Positions 1 to 10,137 are shown, numbered from the stretch's first letter. The stretch is DNA of 64,000 nt from a bacterium (GCA_030638825.1 DAOWDU010000031.1:4206-68205); one strand, 5' to 3'. Notes: generated by a model from the letters alone, not told the origin. Numbers and translations: made by a program.

Positions 1-1
1 T

Positions 2-1069
2 TCAGCGCCAAATCCAGGAGAGGCAGACACAGGACAAAGCGTGGAAGTAAATCAATTAAGTTCAGGAACGATTTATCATTTTGCGATGAAAGTGTCAGAT
101 GAAGTTCCAAATGAATCTGGAATTTCAAATGTTGTTTCAGCGACTACTAAAACTCCTCAAAATACTGGCGGCGGCGGAGGTGGAAGTTACACTCCCCCTT
201 CAAGCCAAACGGCTAATAATGTTCCCTTAAAAATCTCATCCTCTCAAAAAGGAACTCTAAACCAAAACCTAAACAAGAAAAATAAAGTAAAACTAGAAGT
301 TCCAAAAGGCAGTATAAAATCTACAACAACTTTTACGGCGAGCGAGGGAAGTTTAGAAGAGGAAAATATTCCAAAAGATAAGATAGGCGCGTTCTTGTTT
401 AATGGATTAGTTTTTAATGTTGAAGCGGTTGATTCAAGCAACAAAGCAGTGAGAGAATTCTCAGAAGATTTGACGATTACTTTAACTGTTCCAGATCTGC
501 CAGATGATACAACAGATTTAGAACTCTATTATTATGACGATGAAAAAGAAGAATGGATAATAATTACAGATATTGAATTTGGCGATGGCACGATTTCGTT
601 CAAAGTAAATCACCTCACGCAGTTTGCGGTTTTTGCAACGAAGACAGGAGAAGTTAAAGGTGAAACTAATGTAAATATTCTTGACGGCGACATTATCCAA
701 TGCAAATCTTCAGAAAACCCATTCGCTGTTTATATTGTTAAAGAAGTCGGCGAGACAAAATATATCAGACATATCGTCAGTTTAGAAATCTTTAACTATT
801 ACGGACATCTCAAATGGGAAAATTTGAAACAAGTTGATTCTCTAGATGGCTATTCTCTCTCTAGCTGGGTAAGAGTGAACACCGGACCAAACGGAACAGC
901 TGGACCAACCGACAAAGTTTATGAAATCAATGGCGATCAAACAAAGCACTGGATCAATATGACCGCGGAAGATTTTCTTTCCCACGGTGGATCTGAACTA
1001 GCGATTTATAGCGTTAATCAGGGAGAATTGGATTTGTATAAAACGGGGGCGGATGTGATGATGCTGTAA
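2..1069 (+). CDS. C-terminal part of a large surface/secreted protein (FN3-like end, Gly linker, S-layer-like beta domain); 5' truncated
   Basis: Frame is open from base 2. YHFAMKVSDEVPNESGISNVVSATT is FN3-like, followed by a GGGGGG linker and LYYYD...W...VNHLTQFAVF. Confidence 0.6.
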   Translation, partial: SAPNPGEADTGQSVEVNQLSSGTIYHFAMKVSDEVPNESGISNVVSATTKTPQNTGGGGGGSYTPPSSQTANNVPLKISSSQKGTLNQNLNKKNKVKLEVPKGSIKSTTTFTASEGSLEEENIPKDKIGAFLFNGLVFNVEAVDSSNKAVREFSEDLTITLTVPDLPDDTTDLELYYYDDEKEEWIIITDIEFGDGTISFKVNHLTQFAVFATKTGEVKGETNVNILDGDIIQCKSSENPFAVYIVKEVGETKYIRHIVSLEIFNYYGHLKWENLKQVDSLDGYSLSSWVRVNTGPNGTAGPTDKVYEINGDQTKHWINMTAEDFLSHGGSELAIYSVNQGELDLYKTGADVMML

Positions 1070-1137
1070 AATATTAAAATTTTAATTCCTGAAATCTAAA
1101 AATCTGCCATAACCAAAACAGATTTTAAGAGCGAAAT

Positions 1138-1178
1138 AAAAAACAGCGGTATGCTTTAAAAAAATACTGCTGTTTTTT
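1138..1178. terminator. Bidirectional intrinsic terminator
   Basis: aaaaaacagcggta...tactgctgtttttt between convergent genes. Confidence 0.7.
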
Positions 1179-1191
1179 ATTATGAAGAAAT

Positions 1192-2205
1192 TTATTCTCT
1201 CAACATCTCTGCCCCTCTCTCTGGAATTACAGAACAAACTTCTATCCCCGTACTAAGCTCAAGACCAGCCCATATATTTGTCTTTGGAAATATTTCAAAA
1301 TGCCAGTGGTAATGATCATAAGCCTGTCCATTGCAGGGCGCCGTGTGTAAAAATAGATTATAAGCTGGATCATTTAAATTCTTCTTCAATTTTGACAAGC
1401 AAAATTTCATCGCTTCCGCTAATTTTATTTTTTGTTCATCCGTAATCCTTTCAAAATATGACAAATGCCTTTTCGGATAAATTCTCATCTCAAAAGGAAC
1501 TCTAGAAACAAAGGGACAAACAGCGACAAATTCTTCATTTTCAAATATTATTCTTTTACCGCTTTCTTTTTCCCATTCAATCATCACGCAATGCACGCAT
1601 TCCAAATGAGATTTATAATAATTTTCGCTTCCGCTTAAACTCCTAAAAACATCGGGGTCTATTACAGGCATTGCCATTATCTGACTGTGTGGATGCTTAA
1701 GAGAAGCTCCTGCCTCGCATCCGTAATTTTTAAAGATAGAAATATATTTGATATGCCTCTTATTCATTAACGCTAAATACCGATCTTGATAAGCGTCTAT
1801 TACTTCGGCGACGCGCTCAATTTCCATTTCGGGAATATCTTTCTGGTGATCCTCGGTAACCAAAACTTCGTGATGTCCAACTCCGTCTATTACCTCAAAA
1901 GGTCCGTGCTCTCTATTGTTTATATTTTTATAATTCGCGCAAAGCGCTGGAAATTTATTTGGAAAAACTTTTAAGCTCCAATCTTTGTTCTTTTTTAAAT
2001 ATACCAAAAGATCTTTTTCCTGATCCAAAATATTCTCTTTACAAAATGGGCATTTTTTCAAATCTTCTGCGCTTTCTTTTTTTGCTGCTTTTTCCTTCGA
2101 AAAATCAGGTCTCTTTTTTCTTTCCGTTGAATAAATAACCCAAGTCCCGCTCACCAAATCTTTTCTAAGCTGAGAAAATATCTTTTCTTTTTTATTGTTA
2201 CTCAT
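1192..2205 (-). CDS. galT: Galactose-1-phosphate uridylyltransferase family protein
   Basis: CPFC, PNKFP, GASLKHPHSQ catalytic motif, YHWHFEI. Confidence 0.9.
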   Translation of the reverse strand: MSNNKKEKIFSQLRKDLVSGTWVIYSTERKKRPDFSKEKAAKKESAEDLKKCPFCKENILDQEKDLLVYLKKNKDWSLKVFPNKFPALCANYKNINNREHGPFEVIDGVGHHEVLVTEDHQKDIPEMEIERVAEVIDAYQDRYLALMNKRHIKYISIFKNYGCEAGASLKHPHSQIMAMPVIDPDVFRSLSGSENYYKSHLECVHCVMIEWEKESGKRIIFENEEFVAVCPFVSRVPFEMRIYPKRHLSYFERITDEQKIKLAEAMKFCLSKLKKNLNDPAYNLFLHTAPCNGQAYDHYHWHFEIFPKTNIWAGLELSTGIEVCSVIPERGAEMLRE

Positions 2206-2248
2206 ACATTTTATTTAGAAAATAGCTTAACTATATTTTATCACAATG

Positions 2249-2354
2249 AGCTAAATTTGTCATAGTGAGCAATGTCATCCTGAGTTTATCGAAGGATTGT
2301 CGAATTATGATAAATTTAGCGTGTTTGCCACCCTTCGACAAGCTCAGGGTGACA
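2249..2354. repeat. Palindromic REP-like element, family C
   Basis: gtcatcctgagtttatcgaagg...ccttcgacaagctcagggtgac; homologous to 8621-8702. Confidence 0.8.
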
Positions 2355-2356
2355 GA

Positions 2357-2761
2357 TTACTTTTTATTAAGATAATCCTGCAAAATAATCCTCGCCGCCT
2401 CCTGATCTATAATTTTTTTTATCTGTTCACTTTTCACTCCCGCTTTTCTTAAATTTTCTTCAGCCATTTTGGAGGTAAAAATTTCGTTTATTTCTATAAT
2501 CGGTATCTCAATATTATCGCTTAGTTTAGCGGAAAATCCTTTTATATTCTGAGTTTGCGCGCTTTCGCCTTTAAATCCAATTGGAATGCCAAGAATTATT
2601 TTTGAGATATTTTTTTCTAAAATAATCTTTTTTATTTCTTTTATTAAATTATCCGAAGATTTATTTTTAACTGTCAAAAAACGGCTGGCTAATTTTTCGT
2701 TTTTGTCTGAAATAGCCAAGCCTGTTTTTTTGTCACCGTGATCAATGCTTAGTATTTTCAT
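2357..2761 (-). CDS. ruvX: YqgF/RuvX pre-16S rRNA nuclease / Holliday junction resolvase-like
   Basis: ILSIDHGDKKTGLAISD, NEIFTS, IDQEAARIILQDYL. Confidence 0.9.
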   Translation of the reverse strand: MKILSIDHGDKKTGLAISDKNEKLASRFLTVKNKSSDNLIKEIKKIILEKNISKIILGIPIGFKGESAQTQNIKGFSAKLSDNIEIPIIEINEIFTSKMAEENLRKAGVKSEQIKKIIDQEAARIILQDYLNKK

Positions 2762-2771
2762 AAATTTAATT

Positions 2772-3542
2772 TTACCTCGTCAAAATCTCACATCCATCTT
2801 CCATCACCGCTACCGTGTGTTCAAAATGCGCCGATAATTTCCCGTCAGTTGTTCTGATTGTCCAGCCATCTTGATCGCATTTAATATCATAACTGCCTTC
2901 ATTCAACATCGGCTCTATCGCAAAAGTCATTCCTGGACATAATTTTAAACCAGTTCTTTTCTTACCAAAATTCGGCACTTCTGGCGGTTCGTGAATTGAT
3001 CGTCCGACGCCATGTCCGATTAGATTCCTAACAACAGAGAAATTATTTTCTTCAGCATATTTCTGCACAGCAAATCCAATATCGCCTATTTTATTTCCTG
3101 GCTTTACTTGCTCTATCCCTTTAAATAAAGATTCTCTCGTAACATCAATCAACTTCTGCGCTTTCTCGCTTATTTTCCCAGCGCCAATTGTCACAGCGCT
3201 GTCGCTGTGAAATCCTTTATATTTTACACCCATATCAATGCTCACAAGATCGCCCTCTTTTATTATTTTCTTAAACGGAAAACCATGCACAATTTCATCA
3301 TTTATAGAAAGACAGATTATAGACGGAAACGGAATTATACTGCTACATATTTTGTAATTTTTAAAAGATGGAATTACTCTATATCTCTGAACTTCTTTCT
3401 CCGCAATTTTTTCTAACTCATCTCCCGAAATTCCTGGTTTTATTTTAGAAGATAACAACTCCAAAATCCCCGCGAGTATTTTCCCGCTTTCTCTCATTGT
3501 TTTTATTTCGGATTTGGATTTTAGGTTTATTTTTCGTTTCAT
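2772..3542 (-). CDS. map: Methionine aminopeptidase type I (start revised; the ORF-track N-terminus is repeat-derived)
   Basis: SINDEIVHG, DSAVT, GHGVGRSIHEPP, AIEPM, SAHFEHT. Confidence 0.95.
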   Translation of the reverse strand: MKRKINLKSKSEIKTMRESGKILAGILELLSSKIKPGISGDELEKIAEKEVQRYRVIPSFKNYKICSSIIPFPSIICLSINDEIVHGFPFKKIIKEGDLVSIDMGVKYKGFHSDSAVTIGAGKISEKAQKLIDVTRESLFKGIEQVKPGNKIGDIGFAVQKYAEENNFSVVRNLIGHGVGRSIHEPPEVPNFGKKRTGLKLCPGMTFAIEPMLNEGSYDIKCDQDGWTIRTTDGKLSAHFEHTVAVMEDGCEILTR

Positions 3543-3566
3543 TATTTTATTCATTGTATTATAAAC

Positions 3567-3635
3567 TGTCATTGCGAGGAGCCCGAATGAACGCAGTGAG
3601 TGAAATGGCGACGAAGCAATCCCGTAACTATGCAC
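3567..3635. repeat. Half copy of palindromic element family A
   Basis: tgtcattgcgaggagcccgaatgaacgcagtgagtgaaatggcgacgaagcaatccc. Confidence 0.85.
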
Positions 3636-3647
3636 AGAGAACTACCG

Positions 3648-3738
3648 ACGGTGCCATAGTCTCCGCAGAGCTGTGGCACCGCATCTGCAAATCTTGCATT
3701 CTGGGTTCCACAGCCCTACGGGACTATGGAACCCTCGG
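3648..3738. repeat. Palindromic element family B
   Basis: gacggtgccatagtctccgcagagctgtggcacc...ctatggaaccctcg; inverted homologue at 36441-36549. Confidence 0.8.
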
Positions 3739-3740
3739 CT

Positions 3741-4400
3741 TTACTTCACATAACCAACAATCTCCCCAAACACATCCTCTACTCCCTGCTCCCCATCAAT
3801 CTTTATCAACATATTTTTCCCCTCATAATATTCCAGCACTGGACTAAGCAATTTTTTACTCCACTCCAAACGCTTCAAAATCTTCTCTGGCGTGTCGTCT
3901 TCCCTCCGATAAACTTCACTCCCGCAAATTGGACATTTTGTATCTTCTTCACCTAAATCTTTTCCGATAATTAAGGGATGTCCATTTTTTTTGCATAATT
4001 TCCGAACAGAAAGTCTTTTCACCGATTCTTCTTTAGATATATCCACATAAAAAATATAATTAATTTTTCTATTCACTTCTTTCAATTTCTTCTCCCAAAA
4101 TTCCGCTTCTTCCAAAATCCGCGGTGTGCCGTCAAATATGATTCCCTTATTTTCATCAAGCTCACTTAATTTTTGTCCCAATATTTTCTCCTTCATAAAA
4201 TCCCAAGGAACAATATTTCCTTTGACATTAATAATCTCATTTATCTTCCTGCCAATTTCCGTATCTTGCTTAGCGATATTCCTCAAAACATCCCCCGTCT
4301 CAAAAATCTGCAAATCAAATTTTTTTGCCAACATTCTTGCTTGCGTTCCTTTTCCCGAACCTTGCGGTCCCATTATTATGATGTTGATATTTTGTTTCAT
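3741..4400 (-). CDS. adk: Adenylate kinase
   Basis: GPQGSGKGTQA P-loop, DGTPR, RREDD, LID with Cys/His ligands. Confidence 0.93.
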   Translation of the reverse strand: MKQNINIIIMGPQGSGKGTQARMLAKKFDLQIFETGDVLRNIAKQDTEIGRKINEIINVKGNIVPWDFMKEKILGQKLSELDENKGIIFDGTPRILEEAEFWEKKLKEVNRKINYIFYVDISKEESVKRLSVRKLCKKNGHPLIIGKDLGEEDTKCPICGSEVYRREDDTPEKILKRLEWSKKLLSPVLEYYEGKNMLIKIDGEQGVEDVFGEIVGYVK

Positions 4401-4408
4401 TTTGGTTT

Positions 4409-4981
4409 TTAATAATTATTACATTCTTTTAAAATAATCCCTTTTACCTCTTCCACCGCTTCTCCTAATTTCCCTTCATAATTAACAACTTCATAATCAT
4501 AAATATCTTTATGCTTCAACCACTCTTTCGTGTAAATCATTCTTTCCTTAACAAATTCCTCACTCGCCCCGCGGTTTAGAATTCTTTGTTTTAATATTTC
4601 AAGCGTTGGCGTCATTATAAAAATAGCGACAACTTCAGGCATTAATTTTTTGACTGTTATCACGCCTTTATATTCAATCTTCCAAATTCCTATTTTACCG
4701 CTCTTAATAACTCTTTTAATTTCCTTATTAGTCACGCCATAAAACTGATTATTATATTCCCGCGCATATTCAAAAAATCTATTCTCCGCAATTCCCTTTT
4801 TAAATTCTTCCTTAGAAATAAAATAATAAGGATCCTCCCCAAAAACATCCGACCGCTTTTCTCTCGTCGTTGTTGTCACCACTCTCTCAATCGGCAAAAA
4901 CTTTTTCAGCCCCTCAATAATACTATCCTCGCCTGCGCCAGATGGTCCAGAGATTATGAATAGGTTGTTTTTAGTTGGCAT
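4409..4981 (-). CDS. gmk: Guanylate kinase
   Basis: ISGPSGAG, TTTTREKR, YYFISKEEF, FYG. Confidence 0.88.
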   Translation of the reverse strand: MPTKNNLFIISGPSGAGEDSIIEGLKKFLPIERVVTTTTREKRSDVFGEDPYYFISKEEFKKGIAENRFFEYAREYNNQFYGVTNKEIKRVIKSGKIGIWKIEYKGVITVKKLMPEVVAIFIMTPTLEILKQRILNRGASEEFVKERMIYTKEWLKHKDIYDYEVVNYEGKLGEAVEEVKGIILKECNNY

Positions 4982-5011
4982 TGTTTATTTATGAAAAAGT
5001 AAATTCAATTC

Positions 5012-5037
5012 GTCATTCCTGCGGAGGCAGGAATCCA
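5012..5037. repeat. Short REP-like hairpin, family H
   Basis: gtcattcctgcggaggcaggaatcca; matches the reverse complement of 59095-59122. Confidence 0.7.
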
Positions 5038-5071
5038 TTTTATCTCAATGACTGATATTTTTCGCAATTTT

Positions 5072-5980
5072 TTATTCAATCAGATTTTGCGGACATCCCT
5101 TTATCCACGCTTCAATATTATCAATAACCATTTCATTTCCATTAAAAATAGAACTATCAGCGCTCCACGCAATATGCGGAGTTACAAGAACTTTTTTATG
5201 TTTTAATAATTTTTGATAATAATTATTATAAATATCTCCCACTATTTCACTTGCGCAATCGTCAGCAACTCCGCTTAAGATATTTTTATCTAAAGTTTCT
5301 ATCATTGCATCGGAATTATAGATTTCTTTTTTTGTAAAAGTTATAAAATAAGAATTCTTTTTTAAAGAAAAAAAGAAATTTTTATTTAGCAAATTAACCG
5401 TGCCTTCGTTTGGACTCAAACAATTAATTACTACATCCGCACTTTTAATCTTTTTTAACAAATTATCTCCTCTGTCAAAAAATACAACATTCATTCCAAA
5501 AGCTTCGCATAATTTACCCACTCTTGACCCAATATTTCCTTTTCCTAAAATAGTTACATTTTTGTTTTTAATACTCTGTGTTATTTCTGGCATCTCGCCT
5601 TTTGGTAAATTATTATTTTTGATAAACTGCGAGAATTTTCTAAATAAATTTAAAATCATAGACATAACCCATTCTGACACAGCGTCTTTATTACAACCAG
5701 GGCTGTTTGCCAATGTAATATTATTTTTTTTCAATTGTTCAATATCAATACTATCAAGAGCAACAAACGGATATGTTATAAAAACATTCTTTAATTTATT
5801 TAAATTATCTTTTAAACCAAATTCTTCGCTACAAATAATGTCTGCGTCTTTTGCCCTGCTTAACCATTCCTCTTCAGTTGCAGGAGAATCATCATAAAAT
5901 TTAACATCGCCTAATTTTTTTAAGCGTTTTGTTTGCTCTGATGTAAAACCAAAATTTTGTGTTATTATTATTTTTTTCAT
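5072..5980 (-). CDS. D-isomer-specific 2-hydroxyacid dehydrogenase family
   Basis: NSPGCNKDAVSE, GKGNIG Rossmann motif, VTPHIAW. Confidence 0.85.
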   Translation of the reverse strand: MKKIIITQNFGFTSEQTKRLKKLGDVKFYDDSPATEEEWLSRAKDADIICSEEFGLKDNLNKLKNVFITYPFVALDSIDIEQLKKNNITLANSPGCNKDAVSEWVMSMILNLFRKFSQFIKNNNLPKGEMPEITQSIKNKNVTILGKGNIGSRVGKLCEAFGMNVVFFDRGDNLLKKIKSADVVINCLSPNEGTVNLLNKNFFFSLKKNSYFITFTKKEIYNSDAMIETLDKNILSGVADDCASEIVGDIYNNYYQKLLKHKKVLVTPHIAWSADSSIFNGNEMVIDNIEAWIKGCPQNLIE

Positions 5981-6126
5981 AGTGTTTGTTAAAAATATTA
6001 TTTCTGCATAGCATTGTTCTTAGATTTCTCGCCTTAAAGGGTTCGAAATGACACAAAATAAGGAATGACAATTTATAAAAACAAAACCCGAAATAAATTC
6101 AGGTCGTCAGCAAAGATGCGCAAAAA

Positions 6127-6201
6127 CTGGAGTTCACACTTTAGTGTGTAAATTTTAATTTAAATGAAATAAATTCTTACAGGTTAAAACCTGAACTCCA
6201 G
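6127..6201. repeat. Palindromic element family E
   Basis: ctggagttcacactttagtgtgt...acaggttaaaacctgaactccag; copy at 38034-38112, half copy at 25773. Confidence 0.85.
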
Positions 6202-6211
6202 AATTTAATTT

Positions 6212-7483
6212 TTACAATTCATCATAATCCCTCATCGTCAACTGCGAATCAATTTGCCTGATAGAATCAAGAACAACTCCCACAACAATCAAAACAGCTG
6301 CGCCCCCGATAGCCATTGTGGTAACATTCGTCATCGCCTGACCGATAAATGGAAGAACGGCAATTAAACCAAGAAAAACCGCGCCGAGGAAAGTTATTCT
6401 GTTTAAAACCCTTCCTAAAAATTCTGCAGTATTGCCGCCAGGTCTAATCCCTGGCACAAACCCACCATGTTTTTGTAAATTTTCTGCGACATTTTTTGGA
6501 TCAAAAACGATAGAAGTATAAAAATAAGTGAAGAAGAAAACTGTTAAGAAATATAAAATCCCGTAGAATAATTGATCCTGAAAAAGATTATTAATAAAAA
6601 TTGCCACGCCAGCAATAGTCTCATTTGGATTTTCCACAAAAAACGAAGCGACAATTCCTGGAAAAAGCATAATTGACATTGCGAAAATAAGTGGAATCAT
6701 TCCCGCAGAATTCACTTTGAGAGGCAAGAAAGTAGAAACTCCTCCCGAAGTTTTTCCTCCTCTAACTCGCCTCGCGTAAGAAACTGGAATATTTCTCTGC
6801 GCCTCCGCGATAGCGACTACCGCTAAAACTACAATTAGAGACATAATTAACAAGCCAATAATAGAAGGGACTTTATCGGGAGTCATTGTTGAGATAGTTT
6901 GTTGCGCTCCCATCGGCAACCCAGCTACAATTCCCGCGAAAATAATTAGAGAAATTCCGTTGCCGATTTTCTTTTCGGAGATAAGTTCTCCAAGCCACAT
7001 CAGAAATACAGTTCCAGCTGTAATCAATGAAATAGCGACCGCTATATCAAAATTATCAACATTACCAATAATTCCCTGATTTCGCAAAAGAGTAATCATC
7101 GCGAAACTTTGCAAAATAGCAAGTGGCACTGTCGCCATTCTCGTGAACTGATTAAATTTCTGCCGTCCCTGCTCTCCAGATTCCTGATACATTTCCTTGA
7201 TCTGCGGAAAAATCATCGTCAATAATTGCATTATAATTGAAGCGGTAATATACGGTCCAACTCCAAGCAAAACTAAGGAGAATTTTTCCATTCCCCCGCC
7301 AGTGAACATACTCAACATTCCGAGCAACTGATTGCTATGAAAAAAATCACTAAGTCTCTCAGAATCAACAATCGGGATAGGAATATGCGCCGCAATTCTA
7401 AAAACAATCAGCATTGCGCCGACAAAAAATATTTTATTTCGAAGTTCACGATCTTTAAAAACTCGGATTAGTTTTTTGAACAT
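6212..7483 (-). CDS. secY: Preprotein translocase subunit SecY
   Basis: LGVGPYITASIIMQLL, GIGNG-like KIGNGISLIIF, PLKVNSAGMIP, PGIRPG. Confidence 0.98.
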   Translation of the reverse strand: MFKKLIRVFKDRELRNKIFFVGAMLIVFRIAAHIPIPIVDSERLSDFFHSNQLLGMLSMFTGGGMEKFSLVLLGVGPYITASIIMQLLTMIFPQIKEMYQESGEQGRQKFNQFTRMATVPLAILQSFAMITLLRNQGIIGNVDNFDIAVAISLITAGTVFLMWLGELISEKKIGNGISLIIFAGIVAGLPMGAQQTISTMTPDKVPSIIGLLIMSLIVVLAVVAIAEAQRNIPVSYARRVRGGKTSGGVSTFLPLKVNSAGMIPLIFAMSIMLFPGIVASFFVENPNETIAGVAIFINNLFQDQLFYGILYFLTVFFFTYFYTSIVFDPKNVAENLQKHGGFVPGIRPGGNTAEFLGRVLNRITFLGAVFLGLIAVLPFIGQAMTNVTTMAIGGAAVLIVVGVVLDSIRQIDSQLTMRDYDEL

Positions 7484-7487
7484 AAAA

Positions 7488-7916
7488 TTATGTTAATATT
7501 TTTCCGCCCGTCTTCTTAATCTTCTCCTCCGCACTCTTAGAAACTATACAGCCCTCAATAATAAACTTTTTACTCAACTCCCCATTCCCAAGGATTTTAA
7601 CTCTTGGTTTTATCTTGCTGATCAATCCTTTTTTCAATAATATTCCTGGATTGATAATATCTCCACTCTCAAAACTCGCTTCTAATGAAGAAACATTTGT
7701 GATATTATTTTTGGCGTATAAACTTTTAAACCCTCTCAACTTCGGAGTTCTTCTAAATAAAGGAGTCTTATCTCCCGCAAAACTTCTTCCTTTCCCACCC
7801 CCAGATCTTGATTTCTGCCCTTTCATTCCCCGCGTAGAATAAGTCCCATGAGTCCCGCCACGACCGACTACCTTCTTCCTCTTTTTCTTTGTTGGTTTCA
7901 AATTATGTAATTGCAT
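7488..7916 (-). CDS. rplO: 50S ribosomal protein L15
   Basis: GRGG..GTYSTRGMKGQKSRSG, PKLRGF, VKILGNG. Confidence 0.96.
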   Translation of the reverse strand: MQLHNLKPTKKKRKKVVGRGGTHGTYSTRGMKGQKSRSGGGKGRSFAGDKTPLFRRTPKLRGFKSLYAKNNITNVSSLEASFESGDIINPGILLKKGLISKIKPRVKILGNGELSKKFIIEGCIVSKSAEEKIKKTGGKILT

Positions 7917-7985
7917 AAAATCATTTTAATATTAAAACATTTAAACAAAATCTAGACTTAATATTTAATATCCAATATTTAATAT

Positions 7986-8576
7986 TTATTTTTCTTTCTT
8001 AACTTCCTCTTTAACATCCTTCTTCACATCTTTTTTAACCTCATCCTTCTTAACACCCTCTTTTAACTTCTTAATCTCAAACTGTTCCAGAAGTTTAATC
8101 GTTGCTCTGGCGTTATTTAATTTACTTTTAGATCCAAGCATTTTTCCTGAAATATCGCTAATTCCAGCCAAACTAACAACTGTTCTAACTGCGCCTCCAG
8201 CTACAATTCCGTTTCCTTTTCGGGCTGGTTTTAGAAGAATTTTTGCGCTACCAAGTTTTCCGTGAACTTCGTAAGGAATGGTATTGCCAGTAAAACTCAA
8301 CTCAATCATATTTTTCTTAGCGTCAGCGTATGATTTTTCCGTAGAAATTTTCATATCTTTTCCTTTGGACACGCCCACTCCTACCTTGCCTCTTTTGTTT
8401 CCAATCACAACAACAGTCCGAAAGCTAAATCTTTTTCCACCTTTAACAACACGCGTCACGCGCGCAATGTCAATCACCTTTTGCTCATATTCTTTCTTCT
8501 CTCTTTCTCTCCGCTTCTTCTTAAAAGGCTTTTTCTTAAATGTCTGCTTTTGATCCGAATTTTCTTGTTTAAACAT
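7986..8576 (-). CDS. rpsE: 30S ribosomal protein S5
   Basis: RVTRVVKGGKRFSF, GNGIVAGG. Confidence 0.97.
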   Translation of the reverse strand: MFKQENSDQKQTFKKKPFKKKRREREKKEYEQKVIDIARVTRVVKGGKRFSFRTVVVIGNKRGKVGVGVSKGKDMKISTEKSYADAKKNMIELSFTGNTIPYEVHGKLGSAKILLKPARKGNGIVAGGAVRTVVSLAGISDISGKMLGSKSKLNNARATIKLLEQFEIKKLKEGVKKDEVKKDVKKDVKEEVKKEK

Positions 8577-8620
8577 AAATTTAAATTGTTATATAATCAT
8601 ATCCTCTTTAAATTGCAATT

Positions 8621-8702
8621 AGCTAAATTTGTCACCCTGAGCTTGTCGAAGGGTGATAAATTTAGCGAGCCTGCCCATCCTTCGACAAGCTCAGGATGAC
8701 AA
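8621..8702. repeat. Palindromic element family C
   Basis: gtcaccctgagcttgtcgaaggg...ccttcgacaagctcaggatgac. Confidence 0.85.
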
Positions 8703-8796
8703 TGCTGTTATATTTCTTAATTCAAAATAGTTTATTCTAAATAAAATGCTTTTAAAAAGAAAAGAGTAAAGTGAAATAAAATTAAACATCACTACT

Positions 8797-8979
8797 TTAC
8801 TCAATTTTAGAGATTTTAATTCTTACTATTTTTTCTTCTGGATAATCTCCAAATTCATGATGAAGATTACCCTCAGAGTAAAAGGTTAGGGATCCTATTC
8901 CATTTACTCCCAGTAAATACCCTTTTTCTATTTTATCCCAATCTCCCTTTGAAATTATAGCTTCTATTTCCTTGCTCAT
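8797..8979 (-). CDS. Orphan 60-aa protein (cassette cargo)
   Basis: AAGGAGG SD ~9 nt before ATG, boxA-like motif upstream, flanking inverted arms. Confidence 0.6.
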   Translation of the reverse strand: MSKEIEAIISKGDWDKIEKGYLLGVNGIGSLTFYSEGNLHHEFGDYPEEKIVRIKISKIE

Positions 8980-9035
8980 TATTGCCTGCCTCCTTTATTT
9001 ATATTGAAGAAATTTTCCTTCTAAAAACATTTTAT

Positions 9036-9047
9036 TATTAAAGAACA
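9036..9047 (-). promoter_or_regulatory. boxA-like motif TGTTCTTTAATA
   Basis: Resembles rrn boxA; same position relative to cargo as in the other cassettes. Confidence 0.45.
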
Positions 9048-9052
9048 ATAAT

Positions 9053-9409
9053 TTAGAATTTCAATCCTCCCTCTCTCGCCCCATCAGCCACCGCTTTAAT
9101 TCTTCCGTGATATTTACATCCGCCTCTGTCAAAAACAACTTCAGTTATTTTCTTCTCTTCAGCTTTCTTCGCAATCAACTTCCCCGCTTCCGTTGCTTTT
9201 TCTGTTTTAGTCTTTCCTGATTTAACTTCCTGATCATTGATACTCGCCAAAGTAACGCCAGTTTGATCATCAATTAACTGGATAAATAAACCCTTGTTGC
9301 TTCTATAAACATTCAACCGTGGAATTTTCGCGCTCCCAAAAATCTTAGAGCGAACCTTATTATGTCTCCTTGCTTTATTCTCTTTTTTTATCTTCTCTAG
9401 ATTTTTCAT
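9053..9409 (-). CDS. rplR: 50S ribosomal protein L18
   Basis: [35 protein letters not shown]. Confidence 0.97.
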   Translation of the reverse strand: MKNLEKIKKENKARRHNKVRSKIFGSAKIPRLNVYRSNKGLFIQLIDDQTGVTLASINDQEVKSGKTKTEKATEAGKLIAKKAEEKKITEVVFDRGGCKYHGRIKAVADGAREGGLKF

Positions 9410-9436
9410 ATCTATTCTTAAATTTTAATTTATATA

Positions 9437-9577
9437 CTGTCATTGCGAGGAATGAAGTTGAGCGATAGCGAAACGGAATGACGAAGCAATCCCGTAACTA
9501 TGCACGATGAATTTAATCACGAGATTGCTTCGTCGCCATCTCTTCACTACGCTCAATCGGGCTTCTCGCAATGACAG
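9437..9577. repeat. Palindromic element family A
   Basis: ctgtcattgcgag...gaagcaatccc...gattgcttcg...ctcgcaatgacag. Confidence 0.9.
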
Positions 9578-9585
9578 GTAATATT

Positions 9586-10137
9586 TTATTCAGTTGTTCC
9601 CGCCACCTTCTTCCCCACTTTTCTTCTCACCTGTTCCCCAACATATCTAATCCCCTTTCCTTTATACGGCTCTGGTTTCTTCTTGCTTCTAATATCCGCG
9701 GCGATTTGTCCAACTAATTGCTTATCTATACCTGAAATGGTAATCACATTTTTTTCAACTTTTAATTCTATTCCTTCTGGCGCTTCAAAAACAACGGGAT
9801 GGGAAAAACCAAGATTTAAAGTTATATTCTTTCCAGTTTGAGTCGCTTTATGTCCAACTCCGTGAAGTTCCAATTGCTTTTCATATCCTTTCTCAACTCC
9901 TAAAACCATATTAGCAATCAAAGCTCTTGAAAGTCCCCAAAGAGCAAGACTTTTTTTCGTTTCTTTTTTAACAGATAAAATAATTTGATTGTCTCTAATT
10001 TCAACCTGCACATTAAAATCAACCTCAAAATAAAGTTCTCCCTTTGAACCCTTAACAGAAATTCCATTCTTCTTCTCATCAAAAGAAACCGTAATCCCCG
10101 TTGGTATTTCAATTGGTTTTTTTCCTATTTTACTCAT
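9586..10137 (-). CDS. rplF: 50S ribosomal protein L6
   Basis: MSKIGKKPI, PEPYKGKGIRY. Confidence 0.98.
   Translation of the reverse strand: MSKIGKKPIEIPTGITVSFDEKKNGISVKGSKGELYFEVDFNVQVEIRDNQIILSVKKETKKSLALWGLSRALIANMVLGVEKGYEKQLELHGVGHKATQTGKNITLNLGFSHPVVFEAPEGIELKVEKNVITISGIDKQLVGQIAADIRSKKKPEPYKGKGIRYVGEQVRRKVGKKVAGTTE

Noticed and set aside
3543-3635. ORF-track N-terminal extension of map (and of rplX, rplC, alaS)
   Set aside because: The extensions derive from repeats or intergenic DNA; homology starts at downstream ATGs.
7916-7986. Missing rpmD (L30) between rpsE and rplO
   Set aside because: This loss is well known in CPR; it is useful taxonomically but not novel.
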